Shown: positions 31,117 through 41,378, counted from the first letter of the stretch. The stretch is 64,000 nt of DNA from an uncultured Prevotellaceae bacterium (GCA_902771445.1 CACXXD010000067.1:3278-67277), one strand, 5' to 3'. Made by a program: numbers and translations. The notes: generated by a model from the sequence alone, not told the origin.

Positions 31117-31244
31117 ATTTTCAATGATTTTAGTAAAGAAGGGGAGCAAAATTCGATTCTCACGTCACTCACTTTCACAAATTGAATTAAAAAAGGAAGA
31201 AGGGGTCACCTTCTTCCAATTAAGAATGTTAGCACATGCAAGAT

Positions 31245-32552
31245 TTAGTCAATCTCTTCGTCAGCCTCATAGCCACCCATCTCGCGGATTGCGTTCTTCA
31301 GCATGGTGTGCTGACGATACAGATGGTTGACAGCCTCCTCACCCTTCGTGTAGTCGTGCATCGGGCTCTTCAGGAAGAAGCTCAGGAAGCGCTGTGTGCC
31401 ACAACGGCCTGCGCGAGCGGCGAGGTCGATGAGCAAGCAGAGGTCGAGACATACAGGAGCGGCAAGGATAGAGTCGCGGCAGAGGAAGTTGATCTTGATC
31501 TGCATGGGATAGCCCATCCAGCCGAAGATGTCGATGTTGTCCCAAGACTCCTTGTTGTCGTTGCGAGGAGGATAGTAGTTGATGCGCACCTTGTGATAGT
31601 AGTCGGTGTAGAGATCGGGCTGATCTTCAGCCTTCAGGATGGTCTCCAGCGTAGAGAGCTTGCTGACCTCCTTTGTGCGGAAGTTCTGAGGCTCGTCGAG
31701 CACCAGACCGTCGCGGTTGCCAAGAATGTTGGTAGAGAACCAGCCATCGAGACCGAGGCAACGTGTGCCGATGATTGGAGCGAAGCCGCTCTTCACAAGG
31801 GTCTGACCAGTCTTGAAGTCCTTACCGGCGATAGGCAGCTGAGTATTCTCAGCGAGTTCCCACATAGCGGGAATGTCGACGGTCGTGTTAGGAGCACCCA
31901 TCACGAAAGGAGCACCCTCGGTGAGAGCAGCGTAAGCATAGCACATAGAAGGAGCAACATGCTCGCGGTCGTCAGCCTTCATTGCAGCCTCGAGTGCAGC
32001 CAGCGTGCCGTGGACAGGCTCGTAGACAGGCACATAGATCTCAGTAGAAGCAGCCCACAGCACCACGATGCGCGAGCAACCATTCTGCTGCTTGAAGTTG
32101 CGGATGTCCTCGCGCAACTGCTCAACCATGTCCCAGCGAGTGGCGCAGGTCTTCACATTGTCGCCATCGAGACGCTTGGCATAGTTCTTGTCGAAGGCAG
32201 CCTTCATGGGTACGATCTTCTCCAGCTCATCGCGCACCGGCTCAATGTCGGCAGGCTTCAGCACCTGTGCATACATAGCCGACTGATAAGCATTCTGGGG
32301 ATAGACATCCCATGTTCCAAACACGATGTCGTTCAAGTTGGCAATCGATACGATTTCACCGTACTTCATGTACTTCTTGTCAGCACCACGCCCCACACGA
32401 ATCTTGTCGTACTGAGTCATCGAACCCACTGGCTTGGCCAAGCCTTTACGTGCCATCAGCACACCAGTCATGAACGTAGTGGCCACGGCACCATTGCCTA
32501 CCACCATGATTCCCAATTTACCCTCTGCGGGTTTCACGTTTGCTTTTTCCAT
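31245..32552 (-). CDS. ino1: Myo-inositol-1-phosphate synthase
   Basis: GNGAVATT, GKDFKTGQTLVKS, STNILGNRDG, CRDSILAAP, FFLKSP. Confidence 0.95.
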   Translation of the reverse strand: MEKANVKPAEGKLGIMVVGNGAVATTFMTGVLMARKGLAKPVGSMTQYDKIRVGRGADKKYMKYGEIVSIANLNDIVFGTWDVYPQNAYQSAMYAQVLKPADIEPVRDELEKIVPMKAAFDKNYAKRLDGDNVKTCATRWDMVEQLREDIRNFKQQNGCSRIVVLWAASTEIYVPVYEPVHGTLAALEAAMKADDREHVAPSMCYAYAALTEGAPFVMGAPNTTVDIPAMWELAENTQLPIAGKDFKTGQTLVKSGFAPIIGTRCLGLDGWFSTNILGNRDGLVLDEPQNFRTKEVSKLSTLETILKAEDQPDLYTDYYHKVRINYYPPRNDNKESWDNIDIFGWMGYPMQIKINFLCRDSILAAPVCLDLCLLIDLAARAGRCGTQRFLSFFLKSPMHDYTKGEEAVNHLYRQHTMLKNAIREMGGYEADEEID

Positions 32553-32660
32553 TTCTTTTTGTTTTTTAGCCTCTTCCGAGGTGGGTGGGGAAATGCCAAC
32601 CCATTGTTTAATTAATTTATTTTAGTGAATGTTACGATTAATATTGATTATGCTTTTAAG

Positions 32661-35210
32661 TTAGAAGGTTGTTCGGATCATGAATCGCACACCCCACTTG
32701 TTTGAACTGGGCAGCTCATTGTAACTGAGGCGTCTTACGTATTCAACGTGTACAAGCTTGAAAATATTGTGTATACCAAACGATACTTCCCAATAAGGGC
32801 GACTTCCGTCCATCACATGACAGCCTTCCGGGAACATCATCAGCACATCGCTTGTCTGATTCTCTGGCAGATAAGGGTTGTTTTTATCGGTCAACCTACC
32901 CCAAAGACACTTCACGCTAATCCACTCGCGCCACTTCAGCCTGCGCAACAATGGGATGCGGTTGAAGATTTTGCCGTTCAGGTCCCAGTCGAGCATCACC
33001 GACAGGTAACGGTCGTTCAGGAACTCCATATTATTTATAAGGTTGAACGTCTGATCTTCCAGGATGTAGCCCAGATTGGCCACTGGCATGATAAGGAGCG
33101 GATAAGGCACGCGGTTCCACTGGGCGCCAAACTTGGCACGCATGTCAAGCTTACCCCAGCTCATGGGCATCCACACACGCTTATAGATTTCGCCCTCAGT
33201 GAAGTTATAGTTGTACTGGCCTCCCAGCACGCCCTTGAAGCCCATCGTATGCTGAATGCGGAACACGGGAGCATCGAGGTTGATGGGCCAGCGGTGCTGC
33301 TTGGTGTTGATGAACGTCTCGCCTGGAGCATAGCGCACGCCTGCGGTGGCTTCGGTATAACGAATGTGATCCAGCGGATTGGCAGAGGCCACAGGCTTCA
33401 GTTCAATATTGCCAACAGGCTTCACGCCCTCGGTCTTCGCCTCAGCAAAAACCTTGAAGCCCCATTCCTGCTCATAGTCGAAGCTGAGGGCCTGTCGGTT
33501 GTAGAGGAACATCTTGTCGATCGGTGTCACCTTGAACGACGTGAACATGTTGTCCTTATCGGTCTGGATGAACTTATCGCTTGGCAAGGCCACATCGCGC
33601 ATCGACTCGAAGGCAATGGCCTGACGCGGAAACTCGCGAGGCAGATAGCCCGGCTTGTTGAAAGTATAGGTTATCTGAGCATCGTAATAGTTCTCATTCG
33701 ATACCATGCCGTGTGCATAATAGCCTTTCAGGAAGATGTGAGGATGCAGGTTGGCAGTGGTCTGAGCACTGGCACGCAGACGCCACTTGTCGTAGAAGTT
33801 CTGCGAAATGATCGTATTCACCGGACCAATGTCCACCTTGCTCGGATGGTCCTTCGTACCTGTCTCGACGAAGTTCTCAACGAGCGCCTTCAGTCCGAAG
33901 ACAATATACTTCAAGCCTTTGATCTTTCCCAGTTGGTTGACGAACGACTCCATAGAACTCTCGCTCTTCGTGAGTTCCACCTGTCGGTACTGCTCCCAGA
34001 ACTTGTCGTCGCGCATCTCAGCATAGGCATCCTTGAGGACAGGCTTACGGCCACGTAACAATGCCTTTGGAATCTCATCGAAAGCAAAGTCACTGCGACG
34101 CGTGGTGCGCACGACAATAAACTTGGAAAGGAACTTGGCTATGGTGAGTTCCACAAACATATCATCGAGCGTCAGCTGCCACTCGCCCGTTGAGAGCTTG
34201 GTGAACTCTTGCACACACTGCATGTTCTCAACCCAGTTGACATCGCTCGTCTTAGGAATCGTGAGCTCACACCTGCGCACCTGATAGCTTGAGTCGGCAA
34301 GAATGAATATCTGCCCACGGAAGCCAAAGTCTTGCTGGTTGTTGGGTGTGAAATCGAGCTGGTAGCACCTGTCTTGCCCCACATTCACAGTGTCGGTAAT
34401 ATAAAAACGGTAGAACTGAATGGCATCCTTGCCAATAGGACTGGGGAAAGGATACTGGAAAAGACGGATATTGTCGGAATAAAGATCGATGTCGGTAAAA
34501 ATGTCCTTCATCGCCGTATTCAGAATATCGCCCGTCTGAAACAAATCGTTGACGCCCGATGCATTCTGGCCTTTTACAATGCTCTTCTCTGCATGCGGTT
34601 CCTTGCGATAGAGCTTCTGCGTCACCGTCTCATCGACCGACAAAGGCAGAATGAGCTTGTTGTTATACTGACAGACCTCAACCTGATTGAACAGCCACTG
34701 ATGTTTCTTGAACAAGCCCGACTCCAGTTTTTCGGGTGTCAGCTCGTTCAGGCCCAACATGAGCTTCTGGTAGTTGGTGTACTGGTAGTAGTCGTGATTT
34801 TCCAGCCTGCTCTGCTTCTTTGCGGCAATCACCTTCCGCATCAGCTCTACGGCAGGGTTGTTCTTACGACTGTACTTCGTTGATCGCTTAGAGCGAATGG
34901 TCACCTCGTCCAATTTGCGGGTGTCGGGCTTTAGCTTGATGATAAGATTGTCGGGGGTACTCGAAGTAATCTTGATGATCTGTGGCACATAGCCTACAGA
35001 GCTGATGGTTAGCTTCCATCCATTATGCCGTTCAATTCTGAACACACCTTCTGCATTACTAGAAACAGCCTTCTTGTTACCCCGATACAGTGCACTTGCA
35101 TAAGGTACGGGCCGCCCGTCGCTGGCATCAACAATCTGACCAGTGATTTGAGCAACCGCAATTTGCACCACAAAAATCAGCCCTAAAAAGCTTGTTAATA
35201 TTCTCTTCAA
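32661..35210 (-). CDS. DUF5686 / carboxypeptidase-regulatory-like domain outer membrane protein
   Basis: Signal peptide, ITGQIVDASDGRPVPYAS, KYSRKNNPAVELMRKVI, C-terminal F; TTG start. Confidence 0.8.
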   Translation of the reverse strand: MKRILTSFLGLIFVVQIAVAQITGQIVDASDGRPVPYASALYRGNKKAVSSNAEGVFRIERHNGWKLTISSVGYVPQIIKITSSTPDNLIIKLKPDTRKLDEVTIRSKRSTKYSRKNNPAVELMRKVIAAKKQSRLENHDYYQYTNYQKLMLGLNELTPEKLESGLFKKHQWLFNQVEVCQYNNKLILPLSVDETVTQKLYRKEPHAEKSIVKGQNASGVNDLFQTGDILNTAMKDIFTDIDLYSDNIRLFQYPFPSPIGKDAIQFYRFYITDTVNVGQDRCYQLDFTPNNQQDFGFRGQIFILADSSYQVRRCELTIPKTSDVNWVENMQCVQEFTKLSTGEWQLTLDDMFVELTIAKFLSKFIVVRTTRRSDFAFDEIPKALLRGRKPVLKDAYAEMRDDKFWEQYRQVELTKSESSMESFVNQLGKIKGLKYIVFGLKALVENFVETGTKDHPSKVDIGPVNTIISQNFYDKWRLRASAQTTANLHPHIFLKGYYAHGMVSNENYYDAQITYTFNKPGYLPREFPRQAIAFESMRDVALPSDKFIQTDKDNMFTSFKVTPIDKMFLYNRQALSFDYEQEWGFKVFAEAKTEGVKPVGNIELKPVASANPLDHIRYTEATAGVRYAPGETFINTKQHRWPINLDAPVFRIQHTMGFKGVLGGQYNYNFTEGEIYKRVWMPMSWGKLDMRAKFGAQWNRVPYPLLIMPVANLGYILEDQTFNLINNMEFLNDRYLSVMLDWDLNGKIFNRIPLLRRLKWREWISVKCLWGRLTDKNNPYLPENQTSDVLMMFPEGCHVMDGSRPYWEVSFGIHNIFKLVHVEYVRRLSYNELPSSNKWGVRFMIRTTF

Positions 35211-35248
35211 AACGTTGTTTCTATTTATTCAGAAAAAAATTCAGTGGG

Positions 35249-35358
35249 CAAAGTTACTGATTTGTTGCAAAAAACAATCTTTTTTAGAAAACTTTTTTAT
35301 GCTAAATAATTTTTTTTGACCATTCACAGCGTTATTTAGGATAAAATAAGTAATTTTG
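35249..35358. promoter_or_regulatory. Divergent -7 boxes for the two arms of the inositol-lipid cluster
   Basis: TAACTTTG on - (35249-35256) and TAATTTTG on + (35351-35358). Confidence 0.55.
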
Positions 35359-35367
35359 CAACCTAAA

Positions 35368-35838
35368 ATGAAACGTAATTCAATACTTGCAGTTGTTCTT
35401 GCAACAGGATTCGGAGCCGGCTTCTGGCCGTGGGGACCAGGAACAGCCGGTGCAGTACTCGCAACGGCTATATGGTTGGCCCTTTCATATCTACTATCAC
35501 CCACCAGTCTTTTTTTCACTACACTCACACTGATTGTCGTATTTACCGCACTCGGAACCTGGGCTACCCATAAGCTCATGCCCACATGGGGCGAAGATCC
35601 CAGCCGGGTGGTGGTCGACGAGATGGTAGGGGTGTGGACACCCCTGTTGATTGCCACAGGATGGAAGGAAGCATTGCTGGCACTGGTGCTCTTCCGCTTC
35701 TTTGACATCGTCAAGCCTCTGGGCATTCGGGCATTAGACCGCAGGCACGGTGCCTTCTGGGTGATGGCCGACGATCTGCTGGCAGGAGTCTATTCGGCAA
35801 TTGTCTTATACCTATTAATATATATATGGGGAAGATAA
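35368..35838 (+). CDS. pgpA: Phosphatidylglycerophosphatase A family (probable PIP phosphatase in this context)
   Basis: GPGTAG, DPSRVVVDEMVG, FRFFDIVKPLGI, VMADDLLAG. Confidence 0.9.
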   Translation: MKRNSILAVVLATGFGAGFWPWGPGTAGAVLATAIWLALSYLLSPTSLFFTTLTLIVVFTALGTWATHKLMPTWGEDPSRVVVDEMVGVWTPLLIATGWKEALLALVLFRFFDIVKPLGIRALDRRHGAFWVMADDLLAGVYSAIVLYLLIYIWGR

Positions 35839-36278
35839 AACATGAAATATGGACCTTCTGCAAGGCACAGTTCTCCGCACAAGTTGCAACAATTGCCGAT
35901 TTCAGCATGACGATGTTTCTGGCTGAATTTTGCAAGTTGTGGTATGTCTGGGCCTCATTCTTAGGTGCTGTAACGGGCGGCATCGTCAACTGCATCGTCA
36001 ACTACCGATGGGTCTTCGACGGCACCAACGACTTGAAGAAAAGGGCCATCGCCTTCAAGTACACTCTGGTATGGGGCGGCAGCATACTGTTCAACACGAC
36101 AGGCACTTATGCGCTGACAGAAATCTCAGGACAATACTTTATCTTCGCCAAAATGACGGTAGCGGTCTGCGTTGCCCTGCTATGGAACTACCAGATGCAA
36201 CGGCTTTTCGTCTACCGCGAGACACGTATTACCGAACGATTCAAACATAAAAGGAACAAACATAAAAGAAAAAAATGA
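35826..36278 (+). CDS. GtrA-family membrane protein
   Basis: Four TM segments, NYRWVF, WNYQMQRLFV. Confidence 0.85.
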   Translation: MGKIKHEIWTFCKAQFSAQVATIADFSMTMFLAEFCKLWYVWASFLGAVTGGIVNCIVNYRWVFDGTNDLKKRAIAFKYTLVWGGSILFNTTGTYALTEISGQYFIFAKMTVAVCVALLWNYQMQRLFVYRETRITERFKHKRNKHKRKK

Positions 36279-36919
36279 ACTATCGCGATTTTCTTCAGAA
36301 AGTCATCTATCACGTCATAGATCCTTTCATCAAGCTCATGATCAGCATGGGCATCACTCCCAATGCCATCACAACGGCTGGCTTTGTGGGAAACTTGTTT
36401 GCCATGTGGTTCTTCTTAGATGCGGCAATGGCCTTCGAAGAAAGCACTTGCGACCCTTACATCTTAATCTGCCTGGGCGGCATCATCATCCTGGTGGCCG
36501 GACTGTTCGACATGATGGACGGTCGACTGGCCCGTATGGGCAATATGTCATCGACGTTCGGTGCTTTGTGGGACTCTACGCTCGACCGCTACAGCGAACT
36601 GGTCACGCTTTTTGCCATCTGCCTCATCTTCATCAAGGCAGGCTGGTTCTGGATGGGTGTCACCACCTTTGCCGCCATGATTGGCTCCATCATGGTGAGC
36701 TACGTCAGAGCACGTGCCGAAGGACTGAACATTGAGTGCAAAGTTGGACTGATGCAACGTCCTGAACGTGTGGTCGTTACGGCTGTCGTAGCCATTATCT
36801 CCGGTTGCGTCTCTGACCTTTGGTGGCTGGCCGGCGGCATGATTCTCATCGCTGTTCTGGCAAACATCACCGCTTTCTGGCGAATCATTCACTGTTACAA
36901 AGTACTCAATGGGAAATAA
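36275..36919 (+). CDS. CDP-alcohol phosphatidyltransferase (probable phosphatidylinositol-phosphate synthase)
   Basis: DMMDGRLAR...GALWDSTLDR signature; TPNAIT; linked to ino1. Confidence 0.9.
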   Translation: MNYRDFLQKVIYHVIDPFIKLMISMGITPNAITTAGFVGNLFAMWFFLDAAMAFEESTCDPYILICLGGIIILVAGLFDMMDGRLARMGNMSSTFGALWDSTLDRYSELVTLFAICLIFIKAGWFWMGVTTFAAMIGSIMVSYVRARAEGLNIECKVGLMQRPERVVVTAVVAIISGCVSDLWWLAGGMILIAVLANITAFWRIIHCYKVLNGK

Positions 36920-37856
36920 CACGCTGTTCAATCTTAAAGGTTTATCACGAAAAGAAACGTCCACGGTCATCATTGGAACAGTGGTCTTCCTCCTATTTCA
37001 ATGGCTAGTGGTGGGACTTCTGCCCGCCCATGTGTTCATGGCCGGCCTCTTCAACCTACTGTTCTTTGCCCATCCCACTTCACGCAAGCTTGCCGTGATG
37101 CTCATTCCGTTCATTCTGTTTGAAATGAGCTACGACTGGATGCGCCTATACCCTAATTACAAGGTGAATCCTATCGACATACGTGGCCTTTACGAAACTG
37201 AGAAGGCATTATTCGGCATAGCTGCCGAAGGCACTACGCTCACTCCATGCGAATACTTCAGCCTGCACAACAACGCAATAGCCGACCTGATGTCGGGCAT
37301 TTTCTACTTGTGCTGGGTGCCTGGCCCCATTGCGCTCTCACTCTGGCTTTTCTTTAAGGGCAAGCGCAACTGGAGTGTGCGGTTCACATGGGCATTTCTG
37401 TTTGTCAACATGATTGGCTTTGCCGGATACTACATCCACCCCGCTGCCCCACCTTGGTTTGCCATCAACTACGGCTTCGAGCCCGACTTCTCCATGCCTG
37501 GCAACGTGGCAGGACTCGCCAGATTCGACGAACTTATCGGCGTGCCTGTTTTCCATAGCATCTATGTCAACAATTCCAACATCTATGCTGCCGTGCCATC
37601 GCTCCATGCAGCCTACATGCTGATAGCCACGATCTATGCCGTTCTGAGCAAGCAATCACGAACGACCATAGGATTGTGTTTCTTCATCACCGTAGGCATC
37701 TGGTTCACAGCCATCTACTCATCGCACCACTACACCATCGACGTTCTGCTTGGCATTGCCACAGCCATCGTCGGCGTGCTGCTCTTCGAGCAAGGACTGA
37801 TGCGGATACCAGCCTTCAAACGATTCATACAATCGTACACAGACTATATTTCATGA
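36909..37856 (+). CDS. Inositol phosphorylceramide synthase-like (Aur1/PAP2 family)
   Basis: PAAPPW, AAVPSLHAA, HHYTIDV motifs. Confidence 0.85.
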   Translation: MGNNTLFNLKGLSRKETSTVIIGTVVFLLFQWLVVGLLPAHVFMAGLFNLLFFAHPTSRKLAVMLIPFILFEMSYDWMRLYPNYKVNPIDIRGLYETEKALFGIAAEGTTLTPCEYFSLHNNAIADLMSGIFYLCWVPGPIALSLWLFFKGKRNWSVRFTWAFLFVNMIGFAGYYIHPAAPPWFAINYGFEPDFSMPGNVAGLARFDELIGVPVFHSIYVNNSNIYAAVPSLHAAYMLIATIYAVLSKQSRTTIGLCFFITVGIWFTAIYSSHHYTIDVLLGIATAIVGVLLFEQGLMRIPAFKRFIQSYTDYIS

Positions 37857-39388
37857 TCACAAGAGCAAAAGCCCTACTCTGTCTGACCATGCTGCTGACA
37901 GCCCTGACGGTGCAAGCCCAACTGGAGCTTTGCACCGAAGGGCAGCTGACAGCCTCAACAGGCGAACACACGCCGTTGTGGCTGAATGCCAACAAGTATG
38001 GTCTGAGCTCACTCGAAAAGACCAACGGCTACTTACGCGCTGGTCTTTTTCGGTCTATGGAAGAGGACAGTCTGAGGCATTGGGCTTTTGCAGGCGGAGC
38101 CGATGTTACCATTGCAGCCGGTAACACGAGTACCCTCATCATACAACAACTTTACGGCGAACTGAGATGGCTGAAAGGACGGCTCACCATCGGCAGCAAG
38201 CAACAGCCTATGGAACTGAAGAACCAGCAACTGAGCAGCGGTGCGCAGACGCTGGGCATCAATGCCCGTCCCGTACCCAGCATCCGACTGTCGTTGCCCG
38301 CCTACTGGTGGGTACCCTTCACCAAAGGATGGCTCGGTCTGAAGGGACACATAGCCTATGGCATGCAGACCGATGACCGATGGCAAAGAGAGTTCACCGA
38401 AGCGGCACAGAAACGAACCGAACATGCCAAGCTGCACACGAAGGCCGGCTACCTGCGCATCGGAAAGCTGGGCAAGCCAGTCAGCGTAGAGATGGGGCTG
38501 GAGATGGCCTGTCAGTTCGGCGGCACCTCGTTTGCCGACATCGGACAGGGCATGACCCGCATCAAGAACGAAGACGGACTGAAAGGCATGGCACGCGCAT
38601 TCATCCCCAGCGGAGGCGACGTAGGCGAGGATCTCTACGAGAACAAGGCCGGCAACCATGTGGGCAGCTATCTGCTACGCGTCAACCTCGACTTCAAGCA
38701 ATGGTATCTGGCACTCTATGCCGACCATTTCTTCGAAGACCACTCACAGATGTTTTACCTCGACTACAACGGTTACGGCGAAGGCGACGAGTTCAACGTG
38801 TGGAAGCATAACCGCTATTTCGTCTATGATTTCAAGGACATCATGCTTGGAGCCGAACTGAAACTCAAGAACATCACATGGCTGGACAACATCGTCGTGG
38901 AATACATATACTCGAAATATCAGAGCGGCCCCATCTATCATGACCGCACTCGCAACCTTGCCGACCATATCGGCGGACGCGACAACTACTACAACCACTA
39001 CATGCACACGGGATGGCAACACTGGGGACAGGTGATGGGCAACCCGCTCTATCGCTCCCCACTCTACAACACCGACCATCAAGTGGCCGTTGAGAACAAC
39101 CGTTTCTGGGCATGGCATCTGGGACTTAGCGGCCATCCCATCGCCCCACTCCACTACCGTGTGCTCGCCACATGGCAACGCGGCTGGGGTACCTACGACC
39201 TTCCGTTTGTCAATCCTGAGCACAACTTCAGTTGGATGGCCGAGGCCGAATACAAGTTTGCCGAGCACACCGCACTGGCAGGCTGGAACGTAAAGGCTGC
39301 CGTCGGCATGGACAGGGGCCAGATTCTGGGCAACAACTTCGGCGGGCAAATCACCATCGCCAAGCGATTCGCACTCCACAGCAAATGA
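37853..39388 (+). CDS. Capsule assembly Wzi-family outer membrane protein
   Basis: Start MITRAK overlaps the previous stop (ATGA); PLWLNANKYG, NARPVP, GNHVGS, DNYYNH, MGNPL. Confidence 0.75.
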   Translation: MITRAKALLCLTMLLTALTVQAQLELCTEGQLTASTGEHTPLWLNANKYGLSSLEKTNGYLRAGLFRSMEEDSLRHWAFAGGADVTIAAGNTSTLIIQQLYGELRWLKGRLTIGSKQQPMELKNQQLSSGAQTLGINARPVPSIRLSLPAYWWVPFTKGWLGLKGHIAYGMQTDDRWQREFTEAAQKRTEHAKLHTKAGYLRIGKLGKPVSVEMGLEMACQFGGTSFADIGQGMTRIKNEDGLKGMARAFIPSGGDVGEDLYENKAGNHVGSYLLRVNLDFKQWYLALYADHFFEDHSQMFYLDYNGYGEGDEFNVWKHNRYFVYDFKDIMLGAELKLKNITWLDNIVVEYIYSKYQSGPIYHDRTRNLADHIGGRDNYYNHYMHTGWQHWGQVMGNPLYRSPLYNTDHQVAVENNRFWAWHLGLSGHPIAPLHYRVLATWQRGWGTYDLPFVNPEHNFSWMAEAEYKFAEHTALAGWNVKAAVGMDRGQILGNNFGGQITIAKRFALHSK

Positions 39389-39461
39389 GGAGTACGCGAC
39401 TCTACTGAACTTTCCACCTTTTAAGACGACCACAAATTTCTCAAACTAAACAAATTTGGAT

Positions 39462-39974
39462 ATGCAGAAAAGGTCTTTTCAGAAATATCGAAAATACAAC
39501 AATTCTAACGAATCATGGCAGCACAGCCAATTCGTGAAATTTGTTGCATCATTCTATATCCTGTGTTTCCTCGTCATCACGATCACGTCCTGCGATTTTG
39601 AACGGTCCAACAACGGCAAGTTTGACGGCAACTGGCAACTGACGCAATTGGACACGCTACAAACGTCGCGCACTGCCGACATGCGCGGTTCGGGCATCTT
39701 CTGGTGTGTGCAGCACCATTTGCTCTTGGTCAGAAACGTCTACGACATAGAGCACAACATATTCTTTCGCTTCGAAAAGACTGAAAACACGCTACGATTG
39801 TGGAACCCCGTCAGCGACAACAGAGCCGTTTCCGACAGTGTGGTCACCAGCAGCCTAACGCTGCAACCCTATGGCATACAAAACTTAGACGAAACGCTCA
39901 TCATTGAATCATTCTCAGCCGACAACATGGTGCTGAAAAACGAAAAGCTAAGATTCTATTTCCGAAAGTTCTAA
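39462..39974 (+). CDS. Lipocalin-like domain lipoprotein
   Basis: ITSC lipobox, NGKFDGNWQL, C-terminal FYFRKF; exact start uncertain. Confidence 0.7.
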   Translation: MQKRSFQKYRKYNNSNESWQHSQFVKFVASFYILCFLVITITSCDFERSNNGKFDGNWQLTQLDTLQTSRTADMRGSGIFWCVQHHLLLVRNVYDIEHNIFFRFEKTENTLRLWNPVSDNRAVSDSVVTSSLTLQPYGIQNLDETLIIESFSADNMVLKNEKLRFYFRKF

Positions 39975-39979
39975 CGAAT

Positions 39980-40025
39980 AAAAAAAGTACCAACCATACT
40001 GATCTCCAGTTGGTTGGTACTTTTT
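39980..40025. terminator. Bidirectional terminator
   Basis: AAAAAGTACCAACCA...TGGTTGGTACTTTTT between convergent genes. Confidence 0.75.
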
Positions 40026-40052
40026 GCTTAGATTATCTACCGACAACGGTTT

Positions 40053-40160
40053 CTATGCCGTCCAGTTCTGCTCGTCGCTATGTGAGGGCATATAGCCGAA
40101 CTCACCGCCGAATGTCTGCGGAGCCGGTGTTGTAGCGCTACTTGCTGCCATCCTTTTCAT
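40053..40160 (-). CDS. Small 35-aa peptide ORF (MKRMAASSATTPAPQTFGGEFGYMPSHSDEQNWTA)
   Basis: ATG with A-rich leader, co-oriented with the upstream gene and followed by a terminator; below the ORF-track cutoff. Confidence 0.45.
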   Translation of the reverse strand: MKRMAASSATTPAPQTFGGEFGYMPSHSDEQNWTA

Positions 40161-40212
40161 CGTTCTGTTGATTTTTTAATTGTTTCATTCTTGTTTTCTG
40201 AGAGGAGAGGGC

Positions 40213-40551
40213 CTATTTCACCATCACCTTCTTGCCGTTCTGGATGTAGAGGCCCTTCGCCGTGGGCTGGCAGATGGTCGATGGCACGTCGGCGGTGAAC
40301 GAGCGGGGGTGGGCCACCGAGGCGGCCTTGCCTGCGAAGTTAGTCACCAGGGCCGTGAGGTCGTCGGTGCTGTTCAGGTTCTCGTAGTACTCCACCTGCA
40401 GCTCCACGTCGCTGGCGGGCATCGTCAGTGTCCATTCGTTGGTGTTGGCAGTCTTGGTCACGGCCACATTGTCGTCCGCGTCCTCTGCCCATGCGCCCGT
40501 CATGCTGAGTATGGCGGCGAGCGTCAATAGAAATCTTTTTGTTGCTTTCAT
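40213..40551 (-). pseudogene. Secreted T9SS-type protein, apparently internally deleted
   Basis: Signal peptide (TGAWA), WTLTMPASDVEL, RSFTADVPSTIC joined directly to the tail QPTAKGLYIQNGKKVMVK; the first half of a typical C-terminal domain is absent. Confidence 0.6.
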
Positions 40552-40789
40552 AATTGTTTTGTTATTATTACTTGTTTTGTTTATTATACTTTTTCTTTCG
40601 CTCTCTGGCGATACGTGAGACAAATACGGAAAACGCCGAGAACATCGCGGTGATGTCTCGGCAGGTGCAAGGGTACAACTTTTATTTCAAAATCATATCG
40701 TTTAGGGTGGAAAATATGCGAAAAATGGGCGAAGATGTGTTTTTTTATCTTGGCAGCCTTACGCTTGGTGTAGAGTCACCCATCGAAAA

Positions 40790-41225
40790 TATGAATTTTC
40801 TTTACAATGACCCCTCTGAGAATCGCATGGAATTCACCAAACTGAAAGTCGCCTGCAAATATGCGAGTATTGAAAGGGGTTATGTATACAACTGACTGTC
40901 AGCGCGTTGCGAAATTTTACTTCACAAAAAGAACAATTTTAGTCTCATAAAGATTCGTCTTTCGAACTGTTCTGAGAGAGAGGCGACGGCCTTCGCGCTG
41001 TGATTAGTATTGAATCATGGTGGGTTTACAACCATATCAAACTGAGTTATGACTTAGAACAGGACGTAACGGAAGTTAGAACTCAGTTTGATTTGACTGT
41101 AAACCCACTTTGATTCAATATCAATCTCAAAACGAGGGCTGTGGCATGGTGTGAGGACTGGCATGTCTCCGCTTCCAGAATGCAACTTTCAGAAGGTGCT
41201 TTTTTCTATGAATTATTTTGACAAA
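40790..41225 (+). repeat. Dispersed palindromic element, copy 3 (longest core)
   Basis: Arms 41008-41048 and 41080-41120 with a 31-nt loop; both end sites present. Confidence 0.9.
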
Positions 41226-41329
41226 ACGCAAGCGCCGCATCGACACAGACATCTATTGTAAAGATGCTGCTTGAACATAATTTTTTTTACTTTTTTTCTA
41301 CATTTCATACTAATTTCAAAAAAATTATA

Positions 41330-41337
41330 TATATTTG
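41330..41337 (+). promoter_or_regulatory. -7 box (TATATTTG) for the TonB receptor operon
   Basis: TAnnTTTG about 40 bp upstream of ATG 41379. Confidence 0.6.
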
Positions 41338-41378
41338 CATCCATAATATATAATATTCACCGAAAAAAAACTACACCT

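Noticed and set aside
37676-37852. N-terminal ORF extensions in the track (also 17463-17522, 41271-41378, 60500-60559)
   Set aside because: They overlap upstream genes or promoters; downstream ATGs give proper signal peptides or domain starts.
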